Shown: one piece after another, positions 27,535-37,965 of the stretch
Position numbering within the stretch: the stretch's first letter is position 1
Layout of the letters: each line of letters starts with the position of its first letter
Assembly (NCBI GenBank): GCA_035529075.1
Contig: DATKXK010000010.1
Span: forward strand, 165,401-229,400
Reading direction: 5' to 3'
DNA from: Acidobacteriota bacterium
Lineage (GTDB): Bacteria > Zixibacteria > MSB-5A5 > GN15 > FEB-12
DNA length: 64,000 nucleotides
The notes under the pieces: generated by a model
The model's input: the letters and a program-made list of their open reading frames with translations, nothing else
The model's database searches: none
Told to the model about the DNA's origin: nothing
Made by a program: the position numbers and the translations under genes

Positions 27535-27655
27535 GAGTCTTCGGGGTGAGGTGCAAATCCTCAACCGGCGGTCATAGCCCGCGAGCCGGATCGAGGTCCG
27601 GTTGAACCTGTGAAATTCAGGTGCCGACGGTTACAGTCCGGATGGGAGAAGATGG
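27535..27655 (+). promoter_or_regulatory. FMN riboswitch (RFN element)
   Basis: GTCTTCGGGGTGAGGTGCAAATCCTCAACCGGCGGT..AGCCCGCGAGCC...GTGCCGACGGTTACAGTCCGGATGGGAGAAGA matches the conserved RFN core. It sits 80 nt upstream of ribD. A candidate promoter, TTGCCT-N16-TATATT, lies at 27500-27527. Confidence 0.88.
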
Positions 27656-27733
27656 CGGTTGCTACATAGCTCGCCGTACCGAGCGCGAGCCCGGTCTGAC
27701 CGTTACCCCGATGATTGTCGCGGGTAATTTTTT

Positions 27734-28837
27734 ATGGGCGCGAAAGCGGACGAAGGATTCATGCGGCGGGCGCTCGAACTGGCGGTTCGAGGACGGGGGA
27801 AGACATCACCCAACCCGATGGTGGGGGCCGTTATCGTCAAGAACGGGCGGGTTGTCGGCGAAGGCTATCACCGCCGGGCGGGTGCTGATCACGCCGAGGT
27901 AGTCGCTCTCAGAGAGGCCGGCCGCCGCGCCCGGGGGGCTTGCATGTACGTGACGCTGGAACCCTGCTGTCACACCGGCAACACCGGGCCGTGCACCATC
28001 GCTCTTATCGACCATCGTATCGAGCGCGTGGTTTACGCGGTCAGGGACCCGGACCCCCGTGTCAGGGGCCGGGGAGCGCGCGAACTGAGACGAGCCGGTG
28101 TCACGGTCGAGCACGGCGTGCTGGGGAAAGATGCGGCACGCCTCAACGAGCAGTATTTTGGATTTCATCAGAACCGCCGACCGTTCATCATATTGAAAGC
28201 GGCGCAAACGCTTGATGGCCGGATCGCCACGGCAACGGGTGACTCCCGGTGGATTTCCGGTCGGCCGGCGCGCGTTTTTGCACACCGGCTGCGTTCCGAA
28301 GTCGACGGCGTGGTGGTTGGCATGGGAACGGTGAAGACCGACAACCCGGCGCTGACGGTCCGACTGGTGAAAGGCCGCAACCCCTATCGCATTGTTCTCT
28401 CCCGATCCCTCGATTTCCCGCGTACCTGCGAACTGCTCGACGACAACGAGGACTTCAAGACCGTCGTCGCCTCCACGGAAGCGGCCATCGAGCGGTTTGT
28501 CCGGCGTCGCCGGAACAGCGGGATCACTTTCTGGGTTATCAAGTCTGATCGACAACGGCTGCTTGACCTGAATGACTTTGTGGCCAAGGCCGCACGTTTC
28601 GGCATCCGGTCCCTGCTGGTAGAGGGTGGAAGCCGGCTGGCGACCTCGTTCGTGAAAGCCGGGCTGGTGGACAAGCTGGTGGTGGTCACGGCGCCGATGT
28701 TGATCGGGGAGGGGCGAAGTCTCGTGGGTGACCTGAAGATCCGGAAGCTGTCCCGGGCGATTGAACTGACCGACAGCTCATTTGAACGCTGCGGGAATGA
28801 TGTCATCGTCACGGGATATCCAAAGAGGAGACGCTGA
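27734..28837 (+). CDS. ribD: bifunctional diaminohydroxyphosphoribosylaminopyrimidine deaminase / 5-amino-6-(5-phosphoribosylamino)uracil reductase
   Basis: Deaminase zinc motifs HAE and PCxxxxxxxPC (TLEPCCHTGNTGPC), plus a C-terminal reductase domain. Confidence 0.95.
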   Translation: MGAKADEGFMRRALELAVRGRGKTSPNPMVGAVIVKNGRVVGEGYHRRAGADHAEVVALREAGRRARGACMYVTLEPCCHTGNTGPCTIALIDHRIERVVYAVRDPDPRVRGRGARELRRAGVTVEHGVLGKDAARLNEQYFGFHQNRRPFIILKAAQTLDGRIATATGDSRWISGRPARVFAHRLRSEVDGVVVGMGTVKTDNPALTVRLVKGRNPYRIVLSRSLDFPRTCELLDDNEDFKTVVASTEAAIERFVRRRRNSGITFWVIKSDRQRLLDLNDFVAKAARFGIRSLLVEGGSRLATSFVKAGLVDKLVVVTAPMLIGEGRSLVGDLKIRKLSRAIELTDSSFERCGNDVIVTGYPKRRR

Positions 28838-28839
28838 AC

Positions 28840-29475
28840 GTGTTTACCGGGTTGATCGAAACAGTGGGAACGATCGCGGAGATCGGGTCGCGAGGCAACT
28901 ACCGGATCATGACGCTCCGTTCGTCGATCGATTCCGCCGGTATCGTGATCGGTGAGTCCATTGCCTGTGACGGTGCCTGTTTAACGGTCGTGGCCACCCA
29001 GCCCGGTGTTTTCAGGGTCGAAGCGTCCCGAGAGACGCTTGCCAGGACGGTCCTGGGGCACTACCGGGTCGGCCGGGCGGTCAATATCGAGCGAGCCCTG
29101 ACCGTGGGCAGCAGGCTCGGCGGGCATTTCGTCAGCGGTCACGTGGACGACACGGGGACGGTCGAATATCTCAAGCCGGTCGGAGAATCGTTTGAGCTGG
29201 GCGTCCGGTTCAACAAAGCGTATGATCGGCTTGTCGTCGAGAAGGGTTCGATTGCCATCAACGGCGTTTCCCTGACCGTTAACAGTTGCCGGTCTGGGCG
29301 AAGTGCCGTCAATCTGATCCCCTATACGCTTGAGCATACCAGCCTGAGCGGTCTTAGAACCGGGCACGGCGTCAACATTGAATTCGATATGATCGGCAAG
29401 TACGTTGTAAAACTGATGGCTGGTGACAAACAACCAGGGTTAACAATAGATAAACTCATCGAAAGTGGATGGTAG
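28840..29475 (+). CDS. ribE: riboflavin synthase
   Basis: GTG start. MFTGLIE.VG.I N-terminus and a duplicated lumazine-binding barrel ([15 protein letters not shown]). Confidence 0.9.
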   Translation: MFTGLIETVGTIAEIGSRGNYRIMTLRSSIDSAGIVIGESIACDGACLTVVATQPGVFRVEASRETLARTVLGHYRVGRAVNIERALTVGSRLGGHFVSGHVDDTGTVEYLKPVGESFELGVRFNKAYDRLVVEKGSIAINGVSLTVNSCRSGRSAVNLIPYTLEHTSLSGLRTGHGVNIEFDMIGKYVVKLMAGDKQPGLTIDKLIESGW

Positions 29476-29476
29476 C

Positions 29477-30697
29477 ATGACTGAAGATATCCGATTCAAC
29501 GGTATTTCCGAGGCCGTAGAAGACGTGAGGAAGGGTAAGTTCGTGATCGTGGTCGATGACGAGGACCGTGAGAACGAGGGTGACCTGATCATGGCCGCCG
29601 AGGAAATAACCCCTGAGGCGGTCAATTTCCTTGCCACGCGCGGGCGCGGGTTGGTCTGCGTGCCCATGACTGAGGCGCGGATGGAAGCTCTTGGTTTGCG
29701 TCCGATGGTGGATCGCAACACGGCCAAGCACGGCACCCGTTTCGCGGTCTCGGTGGACGCGCTTGACGGCACGACGACCGGCATCTCGGCGCACGATCGG
29801 GCGGCGACTATCCGTAAGCTGGTCGATACGGATACGCGTCCCGAGGAGCTCGGCCGGCCGGGGCATGTTTTTCCGTTGCAGGCGGTGGCCGGGGGGGTGC
29901 TCTCCCGGGCCGGTCATACTGAAGCGGCCGTCGACCTGGCCCGTCTGGCCGGTTTTCAGCCGATCGGCGTGCTGTGCGAAATTATGGACGATGACGGCAC
30001 GATGGCGCGAGTGCCTCGCCTGCATGAGATAGCCCGCAAGTACGATCTCAAAATGATAACCGTTCGCGACCTGATTGCCTACCGGCACCACACCGAGAAG
30101 CTGGTGCACCGGCTTTCGGTGGTCGGTTTCCCGACCGCGTACGGTGATTTCAAGCTGCACCTGTACGGCTCCGATATCGACGATCACCATCACCTGGCGC
30201 TGGTCAAGGGCGACGTTGCGGGCAAGCCCGACGTTCTGGTCCGCGTTCACAGCCAGTGCCTGACCGGTGACGTGTTCGGGTCGCATCGCTGTGATTGCGG
30301 CCCGCAGCTTCACAAGGCCATGCAGCGGGTCGAAAAAGAAGGCACCGGTGTCATTTTGTATATGCGCCAGGAAGGACGCGGGATCGGCCTGGCCAACAAG
30401 CTCTTTGCCTACGAGTTGCAGGACGCCGGCCGTGACACCGTGGAGGCCAATGAGGACCTCGGTTTCAAGGCGGACCTCCGCGATTACGGAGTCGGGGCGC
30501 AGATACTGGTCGACCTGGGGCTTAATTCCATCCGGCTTCTGACCAACAATCCCCGGAAAGTGATCGGCCTCAAAGGGTACGGGCTGGAGATTACTGAACG
30601 CGTGCCGTTGCAGACCGAACCGACACGGCACAATCATCGGTATCTGGAAACAAAACGGGATAAACTGGGACATTTGCTTGTACTAAAGAAATCGTGA
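29477..30697 (+). CDS. ribBA: bifunctional 3,4-dihydroxy-2-butanone-4-phosphate synthase / GTP cyclohydrolase II
   Basis: [11 protein letters not shown] (DHBP synthase) and [19 protein letters not shown] (GTP cyclohydrolase II zinc site). The ATG at 29477 lies 1 nt after the ribE stop. Confidence 0.95.
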   Translation: MTEDIRFNGISEAVEDVRKGKFVIVVDDEDRENEGDLIMAAEEITPEAVNFLATRGRGLVCVPMTEARMEALGLRPMVDRNTAKHGTRFAVSVDALDGTTTGISAHDRAATIRKLVDTDTRPEELGRPGHVFPLQAVAGGVLSRAGHTEAAVDLARLAGFQPIGVLCEIMDDDGTMARVPRLHEIARKYDLKMITVRDLIAYRHHTEKLVHRLSVVGFPTAYGDFKLHLYGSDIDDHHHLALVKGDVAGKPDVLVRVHSQCLTGDVFGSHRCDCGPQLHKAMQRVEKEGTGVILYMRQEGRGIGLANKLFAYELQDAGRDTVEANEDLGFKADLRDYGVGAQILVDLGLNSIRLLTNNPRKVIGLKGYGLEITERVPLQTEPTRHNHRYLETKRDKLGHLLVLKKS

Positions 30698-30704
30698 GGC
30701 TGCT

Positions 30705-31175
30705 ATGGCGTACACAACTTACGAGGGAAACCTCGATGCCAAGGGACTGATCGTTGGTCTCGTGGTCAGTCGTTTCAATAATCTGTTGACGGACAAACTT
30801 CGCGACGGGGCGCTTGACTGCCTGCGCCGCCACGGTGGGGCCGAGAAGGACGTCTCCGTCGCCTATGTTCCGGGCGCGTTTGAAATCTCTTACGCTGCGT
30901 CCCGGATGCTCAAAACCGGCAAGTTCGACGCAATCGTCTGTCTGGGCGCGGTCATTCGCGGCGACACTCCCCATTTTGACTATATAGCTACTGAAGCCTC
31001 CAGGAGTATTGCCCGGCTGGCTCTTGATTCGGGAGTGCCGGTGGTGTACGGCCTGGTCACGGCCGACACGCTTGATCAGGCCATCGAACGCGCCGGGACC
31101 AAAGCGGGCAACAAGGGCTGGGATGCCGCTGAGTCTGCGATTGAGCTGGTGAATCTCTATCGCTCGATAGGGTAG
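30705..31175 (+). CDS. ribH: 6,7-dimethyl-8-ribityllumazine synthase
   Basis: 156 aa. SRFN......L..GA, VPGAFE, LG.VIRG.T.HFDY. Confidence 0.95.
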   Translation: MAYTTYEGNLDAKGLIVGLVVSRFNNLLTDKLRDGALDCLRRHGGAEKDVSVAYVPGAFEISYAASRMLKTGKFDAIVCLGAVIRGDTPHFDYIATEASRSIARLALDSGVPVVYGLVTADTLDQAIERAGTKAGNKGWDAAESAIELVNLYRSIG

Positions 31176-31178
31176 GGT

Positions 31179-31604
31179 ATGGCCGACACTGCCCGCCGGC
31201 GTGCCCGGGAACTGGTGCTCAAAGCCCTCTATGCCGAGAGCGTGGGCGGGCGCGATCCCGACGAGATCGTGAGCGCCATCATTGCCGCCGGCTCACTGAG
31301 CAAGAGGGCGTATGAGTTCGCTCGCGCTCTGTTTCTGCTTGTATGTCAGCACCGTCAGTGGGCGGATGAAGTTATCTCGTCGCTGGCGGAAAACTGGGAT
31401 ATCGAGCGGATTGCCCTGGTGGACCGCAGTATCATGCAAATGGCCCTGGTGGAACTGCGAGAGATGCCGGATGTACCGGTAAAGGTGACTCTGAATGAGG
31501 CAATTGAACTGGCCAAGGAGTACTCAACCGGGGAATCAGCCGCTTTTATAAACGGCATTCTCGACAGCTTCGTGAAGAGCAGCCCGCAAGGCCCCGCGGG
31601 GTAG
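31179..31604 (+). CDS. nusB: transcription antitermination factor NusB
   Basis: 141 aa. RRRARE.VL.ALY, DR.I...A..EL and INGILD motifs. This is the usual position after ribH. Confidence 0.9.
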   Translation: MADTARRRARELVLKALYAESVGGRDPDEIVSAIIAAGSLSKRAYEFARALFLLVCQHRQWADEVISSLAENWDIERIALVDRSIMQMALVELREMPDVPVKVTLNEAIELAKEYSTGESAAFINGILDSFVKSSPQGPAG

Positions 31605-31648
31605 GGCCGTTGCGTTCTTTTCGGCTGTCCCGCCTGTCTAAAACAAAC

Positions 31649-31676
31649 TGGACAGCACCGCCAAAACGGTTATATT
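31649..31676 (+). promoter_or_regulatory. sigma-70-type promoter candidate
   Basis: TGGACA-N16-TATATT, about 75 nt upstream of the ATG at 31751. Confidence 0.35.
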
Positions 31677-31750
31677 ACCGGCTTTTGGTAATGTACGTCC
31701 GGCAATAAGGGCAGCCTCCGGGGTGTTCCGGGGTCACCGCACTGATCGGC

Positions 31751-34720
31751 ATGCAGCATACTTCGACCTACAAGTTTGACCGCACCAATGCCCTGATTGC
31801 AACCGCCGTCTGGCTGGCCACCCTGTCAGTCTATATGCTGACAAAAGCTCCCACGCTTTCCCTGTGGGACTGCGGCGAGTTCATCGCCACCAGCTGTATT
31901 CTCGGCATTCCGCATCCCCCGGGAACGCCGCTGTACATTATGTTTGGTCGCATCTTTTCGATTATCCCGCTTTTCGCCGACGTGGCCACCCGGGTGAACT
32001 TTTTGTCGTCCCTGACTGCTTCCATCGCCGCACTTTTCGGCTACCTGTGCGGCGTGAGACTTCTGCGCATCTGGTTTCGCGGGGACGGCAGCCGTTACGG
32101 GAGAATTCTGCTGTATGCGGGGTCCGCATGCGGTGCCCTTTTCCTGGCCCTGGGCAGGACCGAGTGGACCAACGCCACGGAGGCCGAGGTATACGGGATG
32201 GCCATGATGTTGATGATGGCGATTCTCTGGTTGACGCTGCTTTACTTCGATAAACGCGGGACCCCCGCCGCCGGCCGGATCCTGCTGGCCATCGTCTATC
32301 TTGCCTTTCTCGGTATCGGCGTTCACATGACGACCCTGCTCGTCCTGCCGGCCTGCGCATTCGTGTTCGTTCTGAAGGACGGAACGCCCGTCAGGTACTG
32401 GTTCATCCTCGCTGCGCTGTACCTGATGGAGCTTTACCTCGTTTTCGCGCTTTCGTCGCCGCCGGTGTCGGTGCCGTTTTACGTGCCCATCGTGATCGTC
32501 TTCATCTTTCATCTCTTCTATACGCTTTCGTTCGAGCGCGTCCCCCGCCCGGCGCTGGTGATGGCCCTGGGGTTCGCGTTCTCCTGCGCGCCGCTGCTCG
32601 GTCTTGTCAGCCCGGCGCTGGCCGGACCGGCCACGGTCTTCGGTGTGGTTTGTTTTGTCCTGACGCTGCTGTACGCGGTCTATATCACGCGACAGTACTT
32701 GCGACAGCGCGGTCCCGGCGAGCCGGTTTTCAGGGACGTGATGCCCGGAGCCCTGCTGGTATTTGCCGCCGCCTTCATGACCCTGCTGCTGCTGTCCGGC
32801 CTGAAGGGTTACGGGGCCTTTCTCGTTCTCTCTTTTGTTTTGCTGGTCGCGACGGCGGCCGTTATCTGGCGTTACGTGAACCTGCCCATCCTCCTGGCGC
32901 TGGTGGCGGCGTTAATGATCATCCTGGGGGTGCTGCCGTTTTTCTATGGTATCGGTATCGCCGTGCTGGTGATTCTCGTTCTCGGTCTGGGGTACAGGGT
33001 GCGGGGCGCCGCGACGGCGTTGCTGGTCATTCTGGCCGCCGTGCTCGGATTCTCGGTGCACTTGTACGTTCCCATACGTTCCGCGCAGGACCCGTACATC
33101 AACGAGAACAACCCCTCGCAGGATTTGACGTCGACGATAAACTTCCTCGAACGCAAGCAGTACGGCCTGGAGTCGATGTTCGAGCGGATGTTCACTCGCC
33201 GGGGCGAGTGGGGGAACCAGTTCGGCATGCATCGCCGCATGGGATTCTGGTCGTTCTTCCAGGAACAGTACGGTTTGTCGGGGCGCAAGTTCTTCCTGCT
33301 GTTCGTGATCGGCCTCTTCGGTATCTGGGAGGTGGTGCGGCGGCGATCGGAGACCGGCCTGCTGTTCATGATCCTGCTGCTGGTGACGTCGGTCGGCCTG
33401 ATACTGTATATGAATTTCGCTGACGGTACCCGGCAGGTCGGTCTGCGCGACTACCTTGAGGTGCGTGACCGGGACTATTTCTTCAGCCCCGCCTACATGT
33501 TGTTCGGCCTGGCGATCGGTCTGGGCTGGGCCGCCGTGGTGCAGTTCCTTCGGGAACTGGTGGCCAGGTATACGCCGTCGGTCCGCAGGACGGTCCTGGC
33601 GGCCGGCCTGGTCGTGTTCCTGACGCCGGCGTACGCCCTGGCCGTCAACTGGCACGTGTGCGACCGGTCCAACGACTTCATTCCCTACGACTACGCCTGG
33701 AACCTGCTGTCGTCGGCGGATGAAAACGCGGTGCTGTTCACCAACGCGGATAACGATACGTTTCCCCTGTGGTGTCTGCAGGAGGCATACGGGGTGCGCA
33801 AAGACGTCAAGGTCGTGAACCTGGCCCTGGCCAACTCCAAGTGGTACATCAAGCAGTTGCGCGACTATATGCACCTCGAACTCGGGTGGACGGAGCGCGA
33901 GATCGATGCCCTCATTCCGTACCGCCTGCGCGACGGGCGATCCTTCCGCGTTCAGGACCTGGTGATAGACGCGGTCATAGATCATAACCCGGATATCCCC
34001 GTTAACTTCTGTATTACGCTGGTCGGTTCGGCTCGCACCTATCATGGGCAGCAGGCGGATTCACTCCTGACCCTGAGCGGTATGAAGTTTCGCCTGGATC
34101 GCGACAAGACCCGGTTCACCGTAGACAGAGAGGAAACACTGGCCTATTTCAGGGATTCGACGCGATTCCGGTACAAGAGCTTCGCCGATCCGACGATCTA
34201 CAAGAATGAGACCACCCTGCGGACCGTAAGCAACGTCGCAAACAGCCTGATCATGTCCGCTGAGAGTTTTCGCCTGGGTGAGATGTATGTGGAGGCGGAA
34301 GAGCTGGCCCGGCTGGCCCTGCAGATCAGGCCGGGTTCCGGCAGGCTGGTCAATGCCCTTGGCCAGGTGTTTGCCGCCCGGGGAGAGATCGACTCCATTG
34401 TCGCGCTGCTGGGGAGGTATCCCGACGGGGACCTGCGCGAGCTTCGACTCTCCCTGGCCAGGGCATATCGCCAGATTGAGAGGCCGCAAGAGGCGTGGCT
34501 GATCCTTGACAGGCTCCTGAGCACGTCGCCGTCGTACCATCCGGCGCTCGATGAAATCATACGGCTGCTTCTGCGGGAGCAGGATGCCGGGAAAATGGTC
34601 TCGGTCCTCGAGCGGTGGCTGTACTACAACCCCGACGACACGGAGATCAGGGCGGCCCTGGACGGGCTGCTCTTGCAGCTGGAATCGCTGTCCGGCGGCG
34701 GGCAGAGGGACTCCCAGTGA
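31751..34720 (+). CDS. DUF2723/TMEM260-like polytopic GT-C type glycosyltransferase with C-terminal TPR region
   Basis: 989 aa. N-terminal LSLWDCGEFIATSCILGIPHPPGTPLYIMFGRIF is the DUF2723 signature. More than 12 predicted TM helices. The C-terminal ~150 aa is TPR-like. Confidence 0.8.
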   Translation: MQHTSTYKFDRTNALIATAVWLATLSVYMLTKAPTLSLWDCGEFIATSCILGIPHPPGTPLYIMFGRIFSIIPLFADVATRVNFLSSLTASIAALFGYLCGVRLLRIWFRGDGSRYGRILLYAGSACGALFLALGRTEWTNATEAEVYGMAMMLMMAILWLTLLYFDKRGTPAAGRILLAIVYLAFLGIGVHMTTLLVLPACAFVFVLKDGTPVRYWFILAALYLMELYLVFALSSPPVSVPFYVPIVIVFIFHLFYTLSFERVPRPALVMALGFAFSCAPLLGLVSPALAGPATVFGVVCFVLTLLYAVYITRQYLRQRGPGEPVFRDVMPGALLVFAAAFMTLLLLSGLKGYGAFLVLSFVLLVATAAVIWRYVNLPILLALVAALMIILGVLPFFYGIGIAVLVILVLGLGYRVRGAATALLVILAAVLGFSVHLYVPIRSAQDPYINENNPSQDLTSTINFLERKQYGLESMFERMFTRRGEWGNQFGMHRRMGFWSFFQEQYGLSGRKFFLLFVIGLFGIWEVVRRRSETGLLFMILLLVTSVGLILYMNFADGTRQVGLRDYLEVRDRDYFFSPAYMLFGLAIGLGWAAVVQFLRELVARYTPSVRRTVLAAGLVVFLTPAYALAVNWHVCDRSNDFIPYDYAWNLLSSADENAVLFTNADNDTFPLWCLQEAYGVRKDVKVVNLALANSKWYIKQLRDYMHLELGWTEREIDALIPYRLRDGRSFRVQDLVIDAVIDHNPDIPVNFCITLVGSARTYHGQQADSLLTLSGMKFRLDRDKTRFTVDREETLAYFRDSTRFRYKSFADPTIYKNETTLRTVSNVANSLIMSAESFRLGEMYVEAEELARLALQIRPGSGRLVNALGQVFAARGEIDSIVALLGRYPDGDLRELRLSLARAYRQIERPQEAWLILDRLLSTSPSYHPALDEIIRLLLREQDAGKMVSVLERWLYYNPDDTEIRAALDGLLLQLESLSGGGQRDSQ

Positions 34721-35832
34721 ACATCCTCGCGCTCAACTGGAACGACCTGAAGAACCCGTTTGGAGGCGGGGCGGAAGTCCACCTCGAGGAGTTGTTGCGC
34801 CGGCTGGTTTCCTACGGTCACGAAGTCACCCTGTTTTGCTCGGGCTGGCCGGGCTGTGCGGCGGAGGAGACGATCCAGGGGATCAGAATCATCCGCCGCG
34901 GCAGGCGTATCAGTTTCAATCTCGTGGCGCCGTTTCACCTCAGGCAGCTCGTGCAGCAGAACAGGTTCGACATACTGATCGAGGATATCAACAAGATACC
35001 GTTTTACACCCCGCTCTATCTCGACCTCAAAACCCTGGTTGTCATTCCGCACCTGTTTGCGACGACGGTCTTCCAGGAGATAAACTTCCTCCTGGGGACC
35101 TACATATACCTGGCCGAGAAACCCCTCGTGCCGGTGTACCGGGGCAGGCGGTTCAACGTTATTTCGGAGTCGACGGCACAGGACATCGTCGCCCGCGGGG
35201 TTCCCCGTGAGGACATATCGATAATCCACTGTGGCATCGATCGTGACGTTTACTCGCACGATGCGTCGGTGACCAAGTATGACCAGCCGACCGTTTTATA
35301 TCTCGGACGAATAAAAAAGTACAAGTCGATTCAGCATCTCATCATCGCCTTTAAGCGGGTGAAAGCCAGGCTGCCCGAGGCCCGGCTGATGATTGTGGGT
35401 GCGGGAGACTATCTGGCTGCCCTCAAGTCGCTTGCCGGATTACTCGATCTCGGCGATGCCGTCGAGTTCCCGGGGTACGTGTCGCTTCAGGACAAGGTAG
35501 AGCGCATGCGGCGCGCCCATGTGTCAGTCCTGCCCTCGCTCAAGGAGGGCTGGGGGCTGACCAACATCGAGGCCAACTCAGTCGGTACGACCGTCGTCGC
35601 GGCCGATTCCCCGGGCCTCCGCGACTCGGTTCAGGATGGCAAGACCGGCTTCCTGTACCGGTTCGGTGACACGGACGAGCTGGCCGAAAAGCTCCTGCGT
35701 ATTCTGGAGGACCATCAACTGCGCCGGCGTCTTGAACAGGGAGCCCTGGAGTGGGCCGAGAGGTTTAACTGGGATACAGCGGCCCGGCAGTTCGAGGCAC
35801 TCCTTCTGGAAATCACTGGAGGGAAGCAATGA
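34717..35832 (+). CDS. GT4-family glycosyltransferase
   Basis: Track ORF 34615..35832. The GTG at 34717 overlaps the upstream stop (GTGA). N-terminal GGAEVH, and a C-terminal E(x7)E-type region PSLKEGWGLTNIEANSVGTTVVA. Confidence 0.85.
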   Translation: MNILALNWNDLKNPFGGGAEVHLEELLRRLVSYGHEVTLFCSGWPGCAAEETIQGIRIIRRGRRISFNLVAPFHLRQLVQQNRFDILIEDINKIPFYTPLYLDLKTLVVIPHLFATTVFQEINFLLGTYIYLAEKPLVPVYRGRRFNVISESTAQDIVARGVPREDISIIHCGIDRDVYSHDASVTKYDQPTVLYLGRIKKYKSIQHLIIAFKRVKARLPEARLMIVGAGDYLAALKSLAGLLDLGDAVEFPGYVSLQDKVERMRRAHVSVLPSLKEGWGLTNIEANSVGTTVVAADSPGLRDSVQDGKTGFLYRFGDTDELAEKLLRILEDHQLRRRLEQGALEWAERFNWDTAARQFEALLLEITGGKQ

Positions 35833-36839
35833 CCGGACGGTGGCGCCGAGTGATTTTCCTGCTGATCGGGTTTACGGTCTCGGTGGTCTCGCTGTGGCAG
35901 ATCTTTCGTGACACGCCTGCAGACGAGCTCTGGCAGGCCCTGGAGAAGCCGAATTACTGGTGGCTGGTGCCGAACATCTTCTTTGTCGTTCTGGCCATGT
36001 ACCAGCGCGCGTACCGCTGGCGGTTCATGATAGCGCCTATCAAGATGGTCAGCTTCTCAAGGCTGCTGGCCGCCACCTGCATAGGCTTCATGGCAAACAA
36101 CATCCTGCCGCTCAGGCTGGGGGAGTACGTGCGGGCCTACTCGCTGTCACGCCAGGACGGCGACGTGTCCAAGTCGTCGTCGCTGGCCACCATCTTCGTC
36201 GAACGAATGGTGTTCGATCTGGTGGCCCTGCTGCTTATCTTCGGGGTAGTCCTCTTCATATCGCCGCTGCACTTCGATGAGCAGTTGCGCGTCGGCACTT
36301 ATGCGGCCGTGCTGGCCGCCCTGCTGGGGTTGATTTTCATTGTCATCCTGGCCCTCAAGCCCAGCCAGTCCGGCGAGGTCCTCACCCGCTACCTCTTTTT
36401 TGCACCCGAGAGCGTCAAGGAGAAAGTCAGGGGAATCGTACTGCGGTTTTCCCGCGGCCTCGACTTCATGAAGGACGGTAAGAAACTGCTTTCCGTGTCC
36501 GTTCAGACCATAATCCTCTGGCTGTTCATGGGGCTGTCCAACTATTTTGTTTTTCTTTCGTTCGGGTTTGACCTCACTCTTGAGGCTTCCTACGTGCTGC
36601 TCGTGGTCGTATCCATCATGATTCTGATTCCGTCGTCGCCCGGGTTTTTCGGCGTATACCACCTGGGGACGGTGCTGACGATGTCGCTTTACCAGGTCGC
36701 CGACGTTGATGCGCGTGCTTTCTCAATCGTCCTGCATCTGGCCCAGTACATCCCGATCACGCTGATGGGTTTCTACTTTCTCAGAAGGGCGCACCTGTCG
36801 CTCAAGTCTCTGGAGAAAGAAGCCGTGGGCGGGATGTAG
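35829..36839 (+). CDS. UPF0104 / lysylphosphatidylglycerol-synthase-TM-like (flippase-like) membrane protein
   Basis: 336 aa with about 8 TM helices. Has the YQRAYRWRF and NNILPLRLGEYVRAY motifs of this family. The ATG overlaps the upstream stop (ATGA). Confidence 0.7.
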   Translation: MTGRWRRVIFLLIGFTVSVVSLWQIFRDTPADELWQALEKPNYWWLVPNIFFVVLAMYQRAYRWRFMIAPIKMVSFSRLLAATCIGFMANNILPLRLGEYVRAYSLSRQDGDVSKSSSLATIFVERMVFDLVALLLIFGVVLFISPLHFDEQLRVGTYAAVLAALLGLIFIVILALKPSQSGEVLTRYLFFAPESVKEKVRGIVLRFSRGLDFMKDGKKLLSVSVQTIILWLFMGLSNYFVFLSFGFDLTLEASYVLLVVVSIMILIPSSPGFFGVYHLGTVLTMSLYQVADVDARAFSIVLHLAQYIPITLMGFYFLRRAHLSLKSLEKEAVGGM

Positions 36840-37093
36840 CGGCCGGTCGATTCTGCAATTTCCGCCAGGCTGTTCTAAAGACCGGCGGTTGAACCTTTGC
36901 GGGTGCCTCAGTCCTTTTTATCCTCACACGGCTCTCTATCGGCCAGGGGCGGCAACCGGTTGTCCGGCAAAAGGTTGGCAAACCAGACTGGATCGATCCA
37001 AGTTGTCCCGACATTGATCGACTACCGCCGGAAGTTCAAACTTGACTGCCCCCATCCGCCGGTGCATGATAAAAATTGAGGGAGATATAGGTA

Positions 37094-37633
37094 ATGAAGA
37101 AGGTACTGCTGGCTGTCCTGCTGATCTGCCTGATCTTTGCGGTAAGCTATTTGAAAACAGTCCGGGACGACAAGGAGCGGTCTGAGGCTCTGGACGAGAT
37201 CTCCGCCACGGCCGAGCGCGAAGAGGGCAGACTGCGCGATTCGGTCGATTCACTCGAGGGCCGACTGAAGGGAGTGAAGGCCTCGTACCAGGATTCCTTG
37301 CGGCAACTCGACGATGCCCGCCGACAGGAAACGGACTCCCTCAGCCAGATGTTGCAGGCCAGCGAGGAAACAATCCGGGGCCTCTCGGCAGGTGCCCGGA
37401 GCGAGGCGGCCCCCACCGGGCAGGCGTCGCAGGCGGCCAAGGTCGACAGTCTCGATTTTCACCGTCGTGTGCTGACGTATTACAGGAAGAGGTTTAACGA
37501 CTTACCGGGTGATCTCTCACGTTATGAACGTCGTGTAGCGCTCTCTGAGATTCGCCAGGAAACCGCCCGGCGGTTCTCGATCAGTGTGGACAGCCTCAAC
37601 CGGATCAGGACAAAGAACAAGCTTGACTTTTGA
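37094..37633 (+). CDS. membrane-anchored coiled-coil protein, function unknown
   Basis: SD GAGGGAG. N-terminal anchor MKKVLLAVLLICLIFAV followed by heptad-rich charged sequence. Confidence 0.55.
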   Translation: MKKVLLAVLLICLIFAVSYLKTVRDDKERSEALDEISATAEREEGRLRDSVDSLEGRLKGVKASYQDSLRQLDDARRQETDSLSQMLQASEETIRGLSAGARSEAAPTGQASQAAKVDSLDFHRRVLTYYRKRFNDLPGDLSRYERRVALSEIRQETARRFSISVDSLNRIRTKNKLDF

Positions 37634-37644
37634 CGTTCGGTGCG

Positions 37645-37965
37645 ATGATGGCAAAGCGGGACGAATCGGCATTCGCAGAAGTGCTGGTAGATCGGCTGCT
37701 TCTTGAGTCATTTGCCAACGAACGATCTGCCTATTACAAGACGACCGGAGAGATTTCGAAGAGTGCGGCCCTGGACAGGTTTCGCAATCGCCTGAAATGG
37801 CACGTCAATAACTCGCTTTCGCGGCGGCAAAAACAGGTGATCCGGTTTTACCTGCTGGGTAGAAAAGAGAGAGATATAGCCCACGATCTGGGGATCACCC
37901 AGCAGGTGGTGAACATTTATAAGCATAGGGCTATCAGGAAGTTACGGCAGCTTCTCGGCTCGTAG
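37645..37965 (+). CDS. small protein consisting essentially of a sigma-70 region-4-like HTH
   Basis: Track ORF 37630..37965. ATGs at 37645 and 37648. The C-terminus LSRRQKQVIRFYLLGRKERDIAHDLGITQQVVNIYKHRAIRKLRQLL matches the region 4.2 / LuxR-type HTH pattern. No region 2 is present. Confidence 0.55.
   Translation: MMAKRDESAFAEVLVDRLLLESFANERSAYYKTTGEISKSAALDRFRNRLKWHVNNSLSRRQKQVIRFYLLGRKERDIAHDLGITQQVVNIYKHRAIRKLRQLLGS

Noticed and set aside
27621-27902. 93-aa ORF starting inside the FMN riboswitch and running into ribD.
   Set aside because: It overlaps the conserved RFN aptamer and is out of frame with the well-supported ribD. No SD is present, and the composition is typical of a spurious frame.
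36880-37010. Cluster of small palindromes (GGTTGAACC, AACCGGTT, GGATCGATCC) in the 254-nt intergenic region before the 37094 gene.
   Set aside because: These are 8-10-bp palindromes of restriction-site type and are expected by chance in GC-rich DNA. No flanking promoter or repeat organisation could be established.
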